A program made the position numbers and the translations under genes. 64,000 nucleotides of DNA. It comes from the human T2T-CHM13v2.0 reference genome, Homo sapiens. Below the pieces are notes generated by a model, which saw nothing but the letters and a program-made list of their open reading frames with translations, had not been told where the DNA came from and did no database searches. Positions 49,140-64,000 of the stretch are shown here, piece after piece (position 1 is the first letter of the stretch; the number at the start of each line of letters is the position of its first letter). The DNA lies in NCBI RefSeq assembly GCF_009914755.1, contig NC_060928.1; one strand, written 5' to 3'.

Positions 49140-49987
49140 CCTGTAAAGTAATTTCATAAGCCTCATTTTACACACAAGGAAACTAAATCTTAGAGAGACT
49201 ATTAACCTTGTTAGTCAATTTCATATATTCACGAAGTGGTAGGGATGATTCAAGCCCAGGACTGGCTGATTTCAACATCCTGAGCCCTTGATTCTATATC
49301 CTGCCTACTTTGTCCTGACCACTTTCCGGTTATACTTCCCATGGGGCTTAGCAGTGGCTCTAGGACAGGTAGAACTTTCCATTTCTCTGTCTCTCCCCAT
49401 TTCCCTCCGACTCCCCCTCCCATTTTTCCTCTACAAATTGGCAGAAAATTTGATTGGCCAAGCTCTTTGTTTTTGTCAGTACAAACAATAAACAGTAAAA
49501 AACAATAAAATGGTTGCTCTGTGGTCAGTTCAACTTTGGTCTAGTCAACTGTGTCTAAGAGAAGACAGTTTCTCCAGGGACATATCTTCATCTGGGAGGG
49601 GCTCTAAGGTAGGACCTGCCTTTCCAGAAAGTTTCTCTTACTCTAGCAGCTATTTTGTGGCTTGACCTATTTATAACCACAGCCTAGCTCATCCACAAAT
49701 TTTTACTTCACAGAAATGATAACATTAAAAGACATCAGTAATTAATGAAAAAGCAATACCAAATATTTGTCAGAACCTCCCAATTTGTTCCACTTGTTTT
49801 TCTTTGCACTTATTGAAACAAAATGGCAACTTCAAAGCTAAAGTATTTTAAAAACAGACGGCAGAGTGAGGAGGACTCTTATTAGTTTAAGTGATCATTT
49901 TCTATAAACTCTCTGAAATTATGTAGACAAAGTAATAATAATGATATAATACTAATTACTTAGCATAACAGTAAAAACCATCTTTTT

Positions 49988-50088
49988 TTTTAATTATACT
50001 TTAAGTTTTAGGGTACATGTGTACATTGTGCAGGTTAGTTACATATGTATACATGTGCCATGCTGGTGCGCTGCACTCACTAACTCGT
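49988..50088 (-). mobile_element. About 100-bp young L1 (L1HS/L1PA2-like) 3' end
   Basis: taagttttagggtacatg..cattgtgcaggttagttacatatg..gctggtgcgctgc. TSD catcttttt. Confidence 0.85.
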
Positions 50089-51908
50089 CATCTTTTTCCT
50101 TAGAAAATGATGTTTCAAATAAACATTACAGTTGAGTGCTGATGGATTGGTGACCTCTCAATAAAACGGGGCACTCACACCACAAAGACCAATTATCCCC
50201 TACTGAATTAGGATCACATAAGACCTTCTCTCTGCCAACTGTTTATTTCTTCTTTTGCTTGGCAGCTTGAAGTTTCAGGTAGTATTTTATCATCAGAAAG
50301 GTAAGTTTCTAACTCCATCCTGTTACACTGAGTGGGAAATCATGGTAAATTAACCTTGTTTGAAGATCATTAATTTTAGAATTCCTCCCTGTAGTTTCCA
50401 ATTGTAACTGGACACCATATTAATATGTCTTTACATATGAATCAATAATTTTTTAACTTGATTTCTTCCAGAAGTTCAAAACAGTATTTATTGACATTGG
50501 TTTTCTGTGTTTTTAAAAGGTTTTTTTTTAAAAAAATTGGGCAACAGTAGAGTAATGTCACTTATTTCTACACAGCAGCAAAATTTTCTATTGCTGAAAC
50601 AGGTCTGTAGATTTTAAGTTCTTATATCCAACCCTAACTTATGAAATAAAGTATTTAAATTGTATATGTGGCTGAAATAAGAAGCAATATATAATTTTGA
50701 AAGTGACTGGTACTGTATGCCCTGAAGGTAATTTAAATCCTTTATTATAAGAAACTTGTCAACATATGGAAAACCAAATTGGAAGACTTCTGGCTGTGTG
50801 ACAGGGGTATTCCCTGAAGAAAAGATACAAATTAATAATAATAATCAAATACATAAAAAATAACAGATTCTGTTACATGATTGAGTCAAATGTTTTCTCC
50901 ATGAGTTAGAATCTAGCCAGCCTTTGCACTGCTGTTCTCTGTGTAAGGAGTTCAGTTATTATATATCTGTCTTTATTAAAGACACTATGCAACTGTAATG
51001 AAAAAAATGGCATTGGGCTGATCTCTCAAATCATGAGTTCTGAACTTTTCTGCAAAATTTTACCATAATGAACCTTAGACCAGAAGGAAACAAAAAGACT
51101 TTTTTAAAAAAAATTGCATAGGCCATACCAGAGTCTGTGCTAAATTATATAGGCTACCCACAAAAATGGCTTCTTGAAACTTCTTCTTCCAAATACAACT
51201 ACTAAAATAGACTCTACTGCTCCTAAGGGGAATTCCCATGTATTAAGAGTGCTTCCCAGTCTCAGTTGGAGTGATGAGGAGCCATGGAAACAGCAGACAT
51301 TTTGGAATCAGGGAGTATGAGGTTTAAATCACAGATCTGAGATGTATTAACATGAGACCGTGGGAAAGGCTAATAGCCACTCTGAGATGCTATTTCCCTA
51401 CCTAGGCAATGAGGATGATAATGCCTGCTTTGCAGAGCCCCAGACACAAAACCTGTTCAAAATAAATGGGTGCTATTGTTATTATTACCATGGATTAGAA
51501 CTATGTTTCATAGCTGTACTTCAATGTTCTTCACCAAGCCATCTGAGTTTTGCTTTAATTATACAGAAGTGAATCTATTACTTAGTATTGTGGCACAAGG
51601 CAGCCTCCAGTCATCCCTCCAGGGCAAGAATGATGTCTTTAATATCTACGTGAAGCTCACTATGGGCCAATGATGCTTTCAGAGAGATAGCCAGTTTCCC
51701 AAAAATTGTTAGTAAGAGCTTGTAGGAAACGTTGTTTTTTTTTTTCTTTTCTGGGCTTATAGATCACTTGTATCTCCAAAAGATGTGAAAAATAAGTTTA
51801 ATAGTAGTTAAATTGTGTTAAACATATTTTGTCATTTTAAAGTTCTTGATTATACTCCAAATTTACTTAAAACTGTGTAAGAAGTTCTTCATTTTTTAAT
51901 TCAAATTA

Positions 51909-52220
<312 letters not shown>

Positions 52221-52807
52221 CATGGTATCTGTACAAAAATAAACATTTAAGACAATAATGTATTCCTGAAAAGTACATATAGAATTCCTAATTGTGCACC
52301 AAGCACAAAGAATAAGCAACACTAGTTATCAGATTTCGTAAATACAAGGGTGCATGAAAATATTCCTATAATTGAAACTACTTCAGGGTAGGGAAGAAAG
52401 ACAGGGGAGCCTGTTTAATGTGTTACAAAGAATGTCTCATGCAGTCCATATTACTGCTCAATTGGAGGTAAATTTGGGTGTCAGGGTGGGGAGAAATTAC
52501 TTCTAACAAGGAGGCTTTAGCAGCACTTCTGTCACTATAGCATTTGTCCTACTAATAGGAGGAGAACACAGATATTGAGCAGTCAGACTGGAGACAGAGC
52601 ACTGTAATCCTGCGTAGCAATACAGACATCTTTCAGACCTCACAGCAAAGAAGCAAGGCCTTCTAAGCATCAATTGGTAAAACTCAGCATTAACATATTG
52701 CATTTGAGCAAGTGCATAAGCAAAGACGAATTCTTTAGCAAGTTTCCAGAAGGTAGAAGTTGACATGACATCTTAACCTGAAATGAGAATTTTAAGGGTG
52801 TGTTAAA

Positions 52808-53058
52808 CAGGGAGGCTGAGGCGGGCAGATCACTTGAGGTCAGGAGTTCGAGACCAACCTGGCCAACATAGTGAAACCCTGTCTCTACAAAAAATTAGCC
52901 AGGTGTCGTGGCAGGCACCTGTAATCCCAGCATCCTAGGAGGCTAAGGCAGGAGAATCGCTTGAACTCGGGAGTCGGAGTTTGCAGTGAGCCAAGATCAT
53001 GCCACTGCACACCAGCCTGGGTGACAGAGCGAGACTTTATCTTGGAAAAAAAGAAAAA
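52808..53058 (+). mobile_element. 5'-truncated AluS
   Basis: Starts at gggaggctgagg. Confidence 0.88.
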
Positions 53059-55979
53059 CAGGACTTAAACATGATAGACACAGAAAAGGATCCAAAGGGC
53101 CAGAATTGCTTAAGGTTTGTACTTAAGGTTAGGAAATGGGGAAACATGGGACAAGACACATATGTCCATGTAGTAAATTCTAAATAGAGATTTATAAATC
53201 ATTATGAGGAATCAAGTGCAAATTGCTCTCACTGAGAGCATGGGTAATATCATCTCAAACAAATCATTCATTAGGTGTTTAAAAAGTTCCTCCAAAACTA
53301 ATTCAATGTCAATAGAATTGAATGACCTCTGTGTTTTGCCACTAAAATTATGTTGCTCAGAGTGGGCAACTCACAATAGACAGCATCCCTTGTAGGACTC
53401 TGTATACGTGAGTTTGAATTTTGTCTGGGCATGCTATGTTATCTAATACTTAGAAAAGATCATTAAAAACACCAAAAAATGAAATCTTTAAAATCTTTGT
53501 AATAATTTTTACACAATGAGAATGTAGAGATGAAACAATGTGAGTTAATCTTAAAATTATTTAGTTAATTTGTTTTGGACTCCTGGGTCCAATATTTGAC
53601 ACACATCCCTCCCTTCTTTCCCCCCTATTTCCTTTCCCTTTTCCTGCCAATCTCCTGAAGCTCCACTGTTATTATATGCTGTAAAAAATATTTTACTCGT
53701 GCAGTTGCAATGCTTCTCAACTTTCAAGCTCAGTAGGGGGAAATGTGAACGTGTTCAATTCTCCAGTTTTACATTTTTTTCATGGGAAATGAAAGTCGAA
53801 ATCTGAAAAGTAGCAACTTGCAGTAAAACATTATTTTTCTTATTTTCTCAATATGTCTCAGTGACATCAAGTTCAAATACTTTATTACAGATAATTCCAA
53901 CCAATTTCAATGTCCAATCTCTCAATAAAATATGAATTGGGGAAAGTCAATATCTTTGCAAATGTGATTTTAAATTTTGCCCTCAGATAGTCTGGCTCCA
54001 TTTCCACTATCTTCAGTGGGATTTACAAAAAATAAAAATAAATCTGAGAAGAGAATTTGACCCATGAAATGTAAAATGATTGTAGAGCAGGAAGGGTAGG
54101 TAAAATATTTCTTATGTTCATGACTATATGGTAGCTGTGAACTTTTAAAAGGGAAGACATTACAAAACTTAGAATTAGTAAAATTCAATTAAAAATAAGT
54201 TGTTAATTTATCTAACTTTGGAGACTTATCGCTTATTTTAAAGAATATACCTAATAAAGAATGCTTTATTTATTCAAAAATATTTATTCATACCAACATC
54301 ATTTTTTTCCAAAGGATAAATATTTTCTAGCCCAATACTATTTCATATGACATTTAGTTCTAATGTAAAATGGGAAAATGCTCCAAGTACTACCTAAGGT
54401 ATAGTATAAAAGAAGCATTTGATCCATGGAATATATTTAGCTGCAAGCAAAAGATCCTAGCACTGTTTCTAAGAAAAATAGAGATAAATGGTAAGATAAT
54501 TAAAGAGGAAAAACTAACTTTAATTTTTTTACTAAATTCATGAGTCAAAAGTTTATTTTAGACCTTTAGAGACATAACCACAATATGTTTAATTATTCTG
54601 ATTTTCCTACTCTAGAAACAGTTCTGCCAGCATCTGTGCTTGAAATATGGACTCCCTGTTTACCAATTGCCTTTGATTTAGATTCATTCCATTCTTGTTT
54701 TGCCTCTGTCCATATGGCTAGCACTAATTATAGTTTAGACCCTAAAGCCCCACATCTATTACAATATTTATATTTCCCTACTCTAGCATCTTTTTGCTTG
54801 AATGCACTGTCAGCATCACTGATAGATTAATAGTTCTAAAATATTCTCTTGACAATCCTTTTTTCTAGCAGCTTGAGTAAGTCCACATACCTACTGGTTA
54901 TTCCCAAATCCTTATTCTGAAGTCAAAAAGCTGTTCATGGTCCAGTTCCATCCTACTCCTCTGACCCTAACTCCTATCATTCTTTTAGAATCCCTCATTC
55001 AATCAAACTCATTTGTTCGCTCTTCCCTCATCATACCTGGCTCAATGTCATACTTACATTTTACCCATTGCGTGAAATGTCTTCTCTATTGTTTTCTTCT
55101 TATTTAACTGATACCATCCTCCATAGTATGATCTATGCTTCATCTTTTCCATGAAACTATTTCTGGCTACCATCATTGGAAGTGATCTTTTATATATCCA
55201 TAGTTTCTGTTGTCTGTTCATTCTTTTGGCACCTAACCATCACTATCTTCTTATACTTTGTTACATATTGAAAGAGGAACAGAGCACATAGCTTACAAGA
55301 AAATGATAAGCAGATTTGTGTGAGTTATCTGATTAGCCATACTGAAACAGTAAAGCAATGAAGCAAAATCTTAAAACTGATAGCCAATAAAGGAAAAGAA
55401 AACTGAACCTAGAATTTTATATCCAACCAAACTATCATGCACACCCAAAATCCTATAATGACATTTTCAAATGTACATGGATTCACAATATTTATTACTC
55501 AAAAACTCTCTGAAAGAAACCAAAAGATGAAAACGAGCAAGAAGAAAAATAAAACTAGGTTGAAGCAATGATATAATGAACAAAGATAACCAAAAAAAAG
55601 TAAATTTACATAATTGTGGGTTGCAAAACTTCAAATATTTTCAAATATCTTTTAATATGTCACTCTTGACCTTTAATTCTAGACATTATTGACATGGAAA
55701 GTACAAGGTATAAGTCTGTTTGGAAGATGTAAAGGGAAGCAGAGGCATAAAAGTCATGTTGATATTCGGGAGCTTCATTCGATCTGCTGACTTTAGAACT
55801 TGCCAGAGAAAAAGTTTAGGCGCATATGTTAAAATTTTTAGGATACAATGAAGAAATAGAAAAGGGAAAAAAAATAGGTAGGGAAAGAGAATAATGAAGA
55901 TAAAATACTAAATAAAAGAAAAAGTCAAAACATAGAAATAATCACAATCCATGCAGCTGGTTTTTAAATAATCTATATG

Positions 55980-56392
55980 AAATAGAAGCAACCTAGATGT
56001 TCGTCAAAGGATGAATGGTAAACTCAAATGTAGTATATACATACCTTAAAGGAAATCCTGTCACATGGTAAAACATGGATGAACCTTGAGGACATTATGC
56101 TAAGTGAAATAAGCCAGTCACAAAAAGACAAATACTGTATGATTCTACTTACATGAGGTATGTAAAGTAGTCAAATTCCTAGAAAAAATGTACAATTGTG
56201 GTTATCTGCAGCTGAAGGGAGGGGAAAATGTGGAGTTATTTTTTAATGGGTATAGAGTTTAATCTTGCAAGATGAAAAGGTTCTGGAGGTCTGTTGCACA
56301 ACAATATAAATATACTCAGCACTACTTAACTGCACACTTAAAAATGGCTAAGATGGTAAGTTTTATGTTATATATTATTTACTATAATTATA
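55980..56392 (+). mobile_element. L1MA/MB 3' end nested in older L1M sequence (about 55340-57920)
   Basis: acatggatgaaccttgaggacattatgctaagtgaaataagccagtcacaaaaagacaaatac. Confidence 0.8.
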
Positions 56393-57481
56393 AACTTTTG
56401 AATTATTTAAAACAATCTATATAAGACAGAGTCACTGACTGAGTTTTAAAAATGAATGCCAAAGCATAGCCTTGTAAAGCACAAGTATTGAAACAGAGTT
56501 TGTGTTGCAAGGGCCTAAGAGCTAAACTGGCAAGACTGTATATTAATCTTAAAACAAAAAACAATAACCTGAAATTATATCACACAGACTGAACATATTG
56601 AACAGAGCAATAAAACTGAAAATCAATAGTAATCAAATATTTAGAGCTTATCAAAAAAAGAGAAAACAATACAAAACAAAACCTGCAGGGTAGATGCAAA
56701 GTGATAATTAGTGTGAATAGTATACAGCCTTGACTATTAATTTTAAAGAGGGATTGAAATAAATGAACTATATCTTATAATCAGGAGGCAAGAAAGGGAA
56801 AAACAAAAATTAACTCAAAGTATAAGGAAGAACACAATAATAATAAAAGTATAAAGTAAGAAAACAGAAAACAAAAAAAATGAATACAATTGATTATAAT
56901 AATAGATGGTACCTGAAAAAAATCTAATAAAATAGACAAATTTAGGGCAATTACATGTAATTAAAATGTGAACATAAAACTATTAGTAATAAGGTAAGTA
57001 AAGGGGGGACATTACTAATTCAAAAAGGTTTGCAAAGTTACGAGATTTTAGTTGGTACTATCAGTAATTTTCTACCAATGAATTTGGACATGTCATCTAC
57101 ATAATTGGATAACTTCTCCAGGATGATATAAATTATCGAAACTGGTCCAGGAAGTAGTAGAAAACCACCCAATAGAACAACAATAAAGTTCAATAGGTCA
57201 TTAAAAACGTATCTATACAGAAGTTGTTAGACTCAAGACAGATTTAAGATAAGGGAGCAGGTAATCCCCCTTTTATGTAAACACATAAGAATTTAGAAAA
57301 ATAGTAAATCTAATCATCTATTCTCACAGCCTTCGGTATCTTGATAACACAAATGGACAATAACAATAAAAGAAAAAAATATAATTCAATTTCACTTTTG
57401 AACATGAATACAACAGTATCCTAAATAATACATTAATATGTTAGCAAATGGAATCCAACAAGATATTAAAAGAAAATGTGT

Positions 57482-57777
57482 GGCCAGGTGTGGTGGCTCA
57501 CGCCTGTAATCCCAGCATCTGGGAGGCTGAGGCAAGCCGGTTGCCTGAGCGCAGAAGTTGGAGACCAGCCTGGGCAACTTTGTGAGACCCCCTTCTCTAC
57601 AAAAATGCAAAAATTAGTCGGGCATGGTGTCATGTGCCTGTAGTCCCAGCGACTCGAAAAGCTGAGGTGGGAGAATTACTTGAGCCCAGGAGGCAGAGGT
57701 TGCAGTGATCACACCACTGTGCTCCAGCCTGGGTGACAGAGCTAGACACTCCCCCCTGCCCCAAAAAAAGAAAAAAA
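57482..57777 (+). mobile_element. AluJ
   Basis: Diverged dimer. Confidence 0.88.
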
Positions 57778-57929
57778 TGTATAATAATATGACATATTTA
57801 AAATAGGCTACAAGGGTAATTCAGTATTAGAAAACCTATCATTTTAATTCCCTGCATTAACAACTTTTTATCTAAATAGATGCTCCCAATTTTCCAAATA
57901 AAAGTCAATAACCATTAATCTTTATATAT

Positions 57930-58360
57930 ATAGTAGCCCCTCCTCATCTGTGGGTTCACTTTCTGCAGTTTTTGTTACATGCAGTCAACCAAGGTCCAAA
58001 GATATTAAATTAAAAATTCCAGAAGTAAACAATTTATAACTGTCCAAGTGCATGCCTTTCTGTTAATGTGGTGAAATCAGATGCCATCCTGCTCTGCCCA
58101 GCCAGATGTGAATCATTCCTTTGTCCAGCAGAGCCACACTGTATATTGTGCCCACCCATCAGTCACTTAGTAGTCATCTTGGTTATCAGATCCAGTGGCA
58201 AGTGCTTGTGTTCAAACACCCTTATTTTCCTTAGTAATGGCCCCAAAGTGCAAGAGCAGTGATGCCAGCTTATTGTTATAATTGTTTTATTTTATTCTTA
58301 GTTGTTGTTAGTGTCTTACTGTGCCTAATTTATAAATTAAACTGTATCATAGATATGTAT
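57930..58360. mobile_element. MER44/Tigger7-like DNA transposon
   Basis: cagtcaaccaaggtccaaagatattaa..aaaattccagaagtaaacaatt and aatggccccaaagtgcaagag motifs. Confidence 0.75.
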
Positions 58361-59652
58361 GTGTGTGTGTATATGTGTGTGTGCCCATGTGTAAGTGTGT
58401 ATACACAAATTAGAACTCAAAGGAAATATTCTTAATCTGAAAATGAGTATAAGCAGGAAATGTGAAGCAGAGATCATACCTGAGGGTCACACGTTAGCAT
58501 AATTATTAAGAGCTCAATTTCAAAGCCTAACTGCCTGAAATCGGAATCTGGCAACTCCACCTCTTAGCTGTTGGATTTGTGTCTCTGGCATCAGGGAGTG
58601 AGGAAGTGGATATGCTCTGCTTCCTTTGCCTCCCGTATCTTTCTTTATTTGAAATTCTCTCTCTAACTCTTAATACTAGCTCATATTAGCCTCTTTCCAG
58701 GTGGCAAGTGCAGCAAAGAGGCATAAGAGATTCTCCTCATGTAACTGTGCTCTGACTGATCTAATTTGAGGTTGGTTTTCAGAAGGACTGATTCAGCTTT
58801 ACCTGGGCTGCCTCTGTTACAAATGAACCCCTCTCACCCCAAGAGTGTTAGCCTTACTCCATGTAGCACTCATACGGGGTTCACCTGCCAAAAGGATTTC
58901 CAGGTTGGGTGTACCATCCCTTGGCTGAGGGGCCACCTGGGCAGTCTCATGGCCTTGGTCTCCCTCTGCTGTTCTCCGTGCTCTGCCCACAGGGAACCAC
59001 TAGAGTTCTCTTCCAGATATTCAAAGGCTCACAGGAAAATACGGTGTTGGTGTGGCCCTTCCATATTGAACCTTTGGAGCAATACATACTGCACTTTTCT
59101 CCCTTCATGACCAGCAAGGAAGAAGCTATCTCTTCTTCAGTCTTCAGACCAAAAACAAACAAAAAAACACCCTTAAATATAAATTTCACTGGACATATCT
59201 CTTTCACTGCCCCCAGTGTTTAAGATTGAGAACAAAATGCTGTACTTCTAAACATATAGAACACTTTCCAGCAGGCATGATCTCCTCCAAATTCTCTCTC
59301 ATATATCTCATTGGTAAAGGCTGTCAGAGCAGGTTAGCCCCACTGGTAGCTGAGGTCAGACCAGGAATCTAATGGCAAGGGGCAGGCCCTCTTTAAACTC
59401 CACCTTAGAAAAATCAGTAACTTTGTTCTCAACAGAGATCTGTTTCCACCTTTACCCTTGCAGTATTTGGCAACCTCAAGGGACAGGAAAAGATTTCAAT
59501 CAGTAGTTCACACTATAATAAAACTTTGCAGTTGATAAAAATGAAAATTTTAAAATTACTAGGAGAAAATGTAGAAGACTATGTTCATAACTATGGAGCG
59601 GAGAGAACTTTCCTGAGGAATAAAATTTTTTTTAATGTAAAAACTTGATACA

Positions 59653-59962
<310 letters not shown>

Positions 59963-61651
59963 AACTTGGTATGGGAAAGCACAACAAAATATAAAATTCT
60001 GAATGGTTCAAGAGATCATTAAAATGATGAAGGACAAGCTACGGACTAAGAACAATTTTTGTAATATATGTAACAGACAACATATCCATAAGAAAAGACA
60101 AATACCTGAAAGACAAATGGACGAAAATGAAAAAGTAATAAATAAAAGTAAAAATATAAATGACCATTGAAAAGATTATTAACTTCTGTAGTAATCAGGG
60201 AAAGACAAATGGAAGTAACAGTGAGAAAACTTTTTTGATCCTATCAGGCAAAAAAAAAAAAAATGTAAAGGCTGAACAAAGCCACAAATGTTGGTGAGAT
60301 GTGGCAAAATGGACACTATTACATGCCGTTCATACAAGTAAAAAATGGGAGGCCCACTTTGGGGAGAAATTGAGCAGCATCTTTTAAAACTTAAAAATGT
60401 ACATACACTTTGACCCAGCAGTTCTACATGGAATCTTCTACTCTTACAGAAAAACTAACACATACTCAAGGAGAATTCTTGAGTCACAATATTCATGTAA
60501 TTGAAATCACTACTTCCTCCCATATAGGAATAGAAAAACAAAACATGATAAAATCACAGATGGATAGAATAGGCAAAATGAGAACAAATTACTGTACTAG
60601 ATTATAGTACAGCATTAGGTGCTCCACAGAGGGCCAGTTTCCTTCTCTTTCCATTCAATAAAAATAGAGCAAGCTCAATAGTGTTTGAAGCCTTTTTATG
60701 AGGGTATGCCTAATTTATGGGTTCATAGTCTACTTTCAGTCTATCTGAGAAACACTTGATAAAGAGGATGGAGGAGAACCCAAAACCTAAATTCAAGCAT
60801 AATTTGTTAACCTGTATGTTATGATTTCTCTTTAAAACTCATCTGACAGTTTTAAAATACTTTGTTTTCCAGTCAAAGGAACTGAAGCACTATTATACTA
60901 ATTACCTTAGGAAACTGGAGAAAAGAACCAAAGTTCTTTGAAAAGACATTTTTGCCTCTTTGACAAATATTTCAAGGCACAGTAAAATTAAATATCTCAT
61001 TGTAAAAAGATAAAGTGCCCCCAATTGGGATATTACTTTCTGAATAATCCTGTAGATATTCCAGTTTGAGTACCAAATGGTAACTCACTCTTGGAGGTTT
61101 GTTAGAATCGTAAACTGCCAGAGTACAGTTTTATGAAGGAGAGAAGGACCTCAGACTGAACTCGCCCTATTAAACAGATTAAATTCTAGCTGTGAATTCA
61201 GGCCAGGACCATGCATTATTGTTTTACTACAGAATAAACATAAATTTACCAATGCTGTGAAGTTTGCAGCTGGTGAAAGTCCATCATTTTCCCAATGGAA
61301 ACGTTTATTTATTTAACTTTGATTATAAAGTTAAAAAAAATCTAATGCATCTAAGGCAGAAAAATGAGGAAAGAAAACATCTGTAACTTAGAGATAAACA
61401 TTTGGGACTAAATTTATTCTCAGTTATTTATGAACTATTTTAATTTGAGTTTGATGGTAGTACTTAAGGTGCATAATTCCACAGGTTAATAAAACAGACC
61501 CTAAAAACACAACGTACCTACCAGTGTACAAGCTGCAGTAAAGATAATATTCCTAGAAAAATATATGGCCTTATGAACTGTACCTAACATATGTTTAAAT
61601 GCAATTATTGATGCAAGATGAAAAGTGTTGGTTTAAATTGACCCACATATT

Positions 61652-61949
61652 TTATTTTATTATATTTTGAGATAGAGTCTCACTTTGTCACACTAGCTGG
61701 AATGCAGTGATGTGATCTCGGCTTACTGCAGCCTCTGTCTCCTGGGTTCAAGTGATTATTGTGCCTCAGACTCCTGAATGTCTGGGATTACAGGCACCCA
61801 CCACCACACCTGGCTAATTTTTGTATTTTTAGTAGAGACAGGGTTTCACCATGTTGGCCAGGCTGGTCTCAAACTCCTGACCTCAAGTGATCCTCTCACC
61901 TCAGCCCCACAAAGTGCTGGGATTACAGGCATGAGCCACAGGGCCCAGC
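61652..61949 (-). mobile_element. AluS
   Basis: Full dimer; ccacatattt on both flanks. Confidence 0.9.
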
Positions 61950-61984
61950 AGACATCCACATATTTTCTTTTAAAAAATTGTGGA

Positions 61985-64000
61985 AAGATTTCTGGCAAGA
62001 TGGCTGAATAGGAACAGCTCTAGACTGTAGCTCCCAGTGAGACTGACGCAGAAGGTGGGTGATTTCTGCATTTCCAACTGAGTTACCCAGTTCATCTCAT
62101 TGGACTGGTTGGACAGTGAATGCAGCCCACGGAGGGTGAGCCAAAGCAGGGTGGGGCATTGCCTCACCAGGAAAGTGCAAGGGGCCAGGGAACTCCCTCC
62201 CTCCCCTTGCCAAGGGAAGCCTTGAGGGTCTGTGTCGTAAGGAACAGTGCACTCCAGCCCAGATACTGCACTTTTCTCACAGTCTTTGCAACCATAGACC
62301 AGGAGATACCCTCAATCTCATCACCAGGGCCCTCAGGTTCAAGCACAAAACTGGGCGGCCGTTTGAGCAGACATTGAGCAAGCGGCAGTTTTTTTTTCAT
62401 ACCCCTGGGGTGCCTGGAATTCCAGTGAGACAGAACAGTTCACTCCCCTGGAAAGGGGGCTGAAGCCAGGGAGCCAAGTGGTCTGGCTCAGTGGGTCCCA
62501 CCCCCACAGAGCCCAGGAAGCTAAGATCCACTGGCTTGAAATGATCACTGCCAGCACAGCAGTCTGAAGTCGACCTGGGACACTCCAGCTTGGTGGCAGG
62601 GAGGGGCATCAGCCATTGCTGAGGCTTGAGTAGGCAGTTTTACCCTCACAGTGTAAACAAAGCCACCCCACCTGCAAGTTAGAAATGGGCAGAGACCACT
62701 GCAACTGAACAAGGCCACTATGGCCACACTGCCTCTAGATTCCTCCTCTCTGGGTAGGGCATCTCTGAAAAAAAAAGGCAGCAGCCACAGTCAGGGGCTT
62801 ATATATAAAACCCCCATCTCCCTGGGACAGAGCACCTGAGGGAAGTGGGGACTCTGGGTGCAGCTTCAGTAGACTTAAACATCTCTGCCTGATGGCTTTG
62901 AAGAAAGCAGCGGATCTCCCAGCACAACGTTAGAGCTCTGCTAAGGGTCAGACTGCCTCCTCAAGTGGGCCCTTGACCCCCGGGCATCCTGATTAGGAGA
63001 CATCTCCCAGCAGGGGTCAATAGACACCTCATGCAGGAGAGCTCCGGCTGGTATCTGGCAGGTGCCCCTCTGGGATGAAGCTTCCAGAGGAAAAAACAGG
63101 CAGCAATCTTTGCTGTTCTGCAGCCTCCACTGGTGATACCCAGGCAAACAGGGTCTGGAGTGGAACTCCAGGAAACTCCAGCAGACCTGCAGCAGAGGGG
63201 CCTGACTGTTAGAAGGAAAACTAACAAACAGAAAAGAATAACATCAACATCAACAAAAAGGATGTCCACTCAGAGACCCCATCCGAGGGTCACCAACATC
63301 GAAGACCAAAGATAGATAAAGCCACGAAGATGGGGATGAAATGCAAAAAGTCTGAAAATTCCAAAAACCAGGATGACTCTTCTCCTCCAAGGGATCACAA
63401 TTCCTTGCCAGCAAGGGAACAAAACTGGATAATGAGTTTGATGTATTGACAGACGTAGGCTTCAGAAGGTGGGTAATAACAAACTCCTCCAAGCTAAAGG
63501 AGCATGTTCTAACCCAATGCAAGGAAGCTAAGAACCTTGAAAAAAGGTTAGACAAATTGCTAACTATAATAACCAGTTTAGAGAAGAACATAAGTGACCT
63601 AATGGAGCTGAAAAACATGGCATGAGAACTTCATGATGTATATACGAGTTTCAATAGCTGAATCGATCAAGTGGAAGAAAGGATATCAGAGATTGAAGAT
63701 CAACTTATAAAATAAAGCAAGAAGACAAGATTAGCGAAAAAAGAATGAAAAGGAATGATCAAAGAATCCAAGAAATATTGGACTCTGTGAAAAGACCAAA
63801 TCTACATTTGATTGGTATACCTGAAAGTGATGGGGAGAATGGAACCAGGTTGGAAAACACTCTTCAGGATATTATCCAGGAGAACTTCACCAACCTAGCA
63901 AGACAGGCCAATATTCAAATTAAGGAAATACAGAGGCTAACACAAAGATACTCCTCAAGAAGAGCAACCATAAGACTCATGATCATCAGATTCACCAAGG
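61985..64000 (+). mobile_element. L1PA (about L1PA7/8) 5'UTR and degenerate ORF1, continuing past the window end
   Basis: caagatggctgaataggaacagctc 5' start. ORF1 remnant from about 63330 with stops and frameshifts. Confidence 0.9.

Overview
Human (primate) genomic DNA from the PRDM5 locus (4q27 from recall). PRDM5 is on the minus strand: CpG-island promoter and coding exon 1 (40720-40812), a 14.9 kb intron 1, coding exon 2 (25688-25771), then the first 25.7 kb of intron 2. Exon 3 is not in the window. Intron 2 holds a degraded, intronless SET (TAF-I alpha) retrocopy, probably SETP12, nested in an old L1 and interrupted by two Alus. The rest is largely transposon-derived: Alu, L1, L2, MIR, MaLR/ERV LTRs (including one two-LTR MST provirus) and Tigger/hAT elements. 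I found no evidence for a new gene system, and most track ORFs are repeat or GC artefacts. The most unusual structure is an apparent multi-step, microhomology-joined templated insertion inside the AluJ of the SET pseudogene. Also notable are two PRDM5 uORFs, a symmetric exon 2 with a weak acceptor, a co-oriented upstream LTR with a splice donor, and two very young insertions. Repeat subfamily calls come from remembered consensus sequences, and boundaries without a TSD are approximate.
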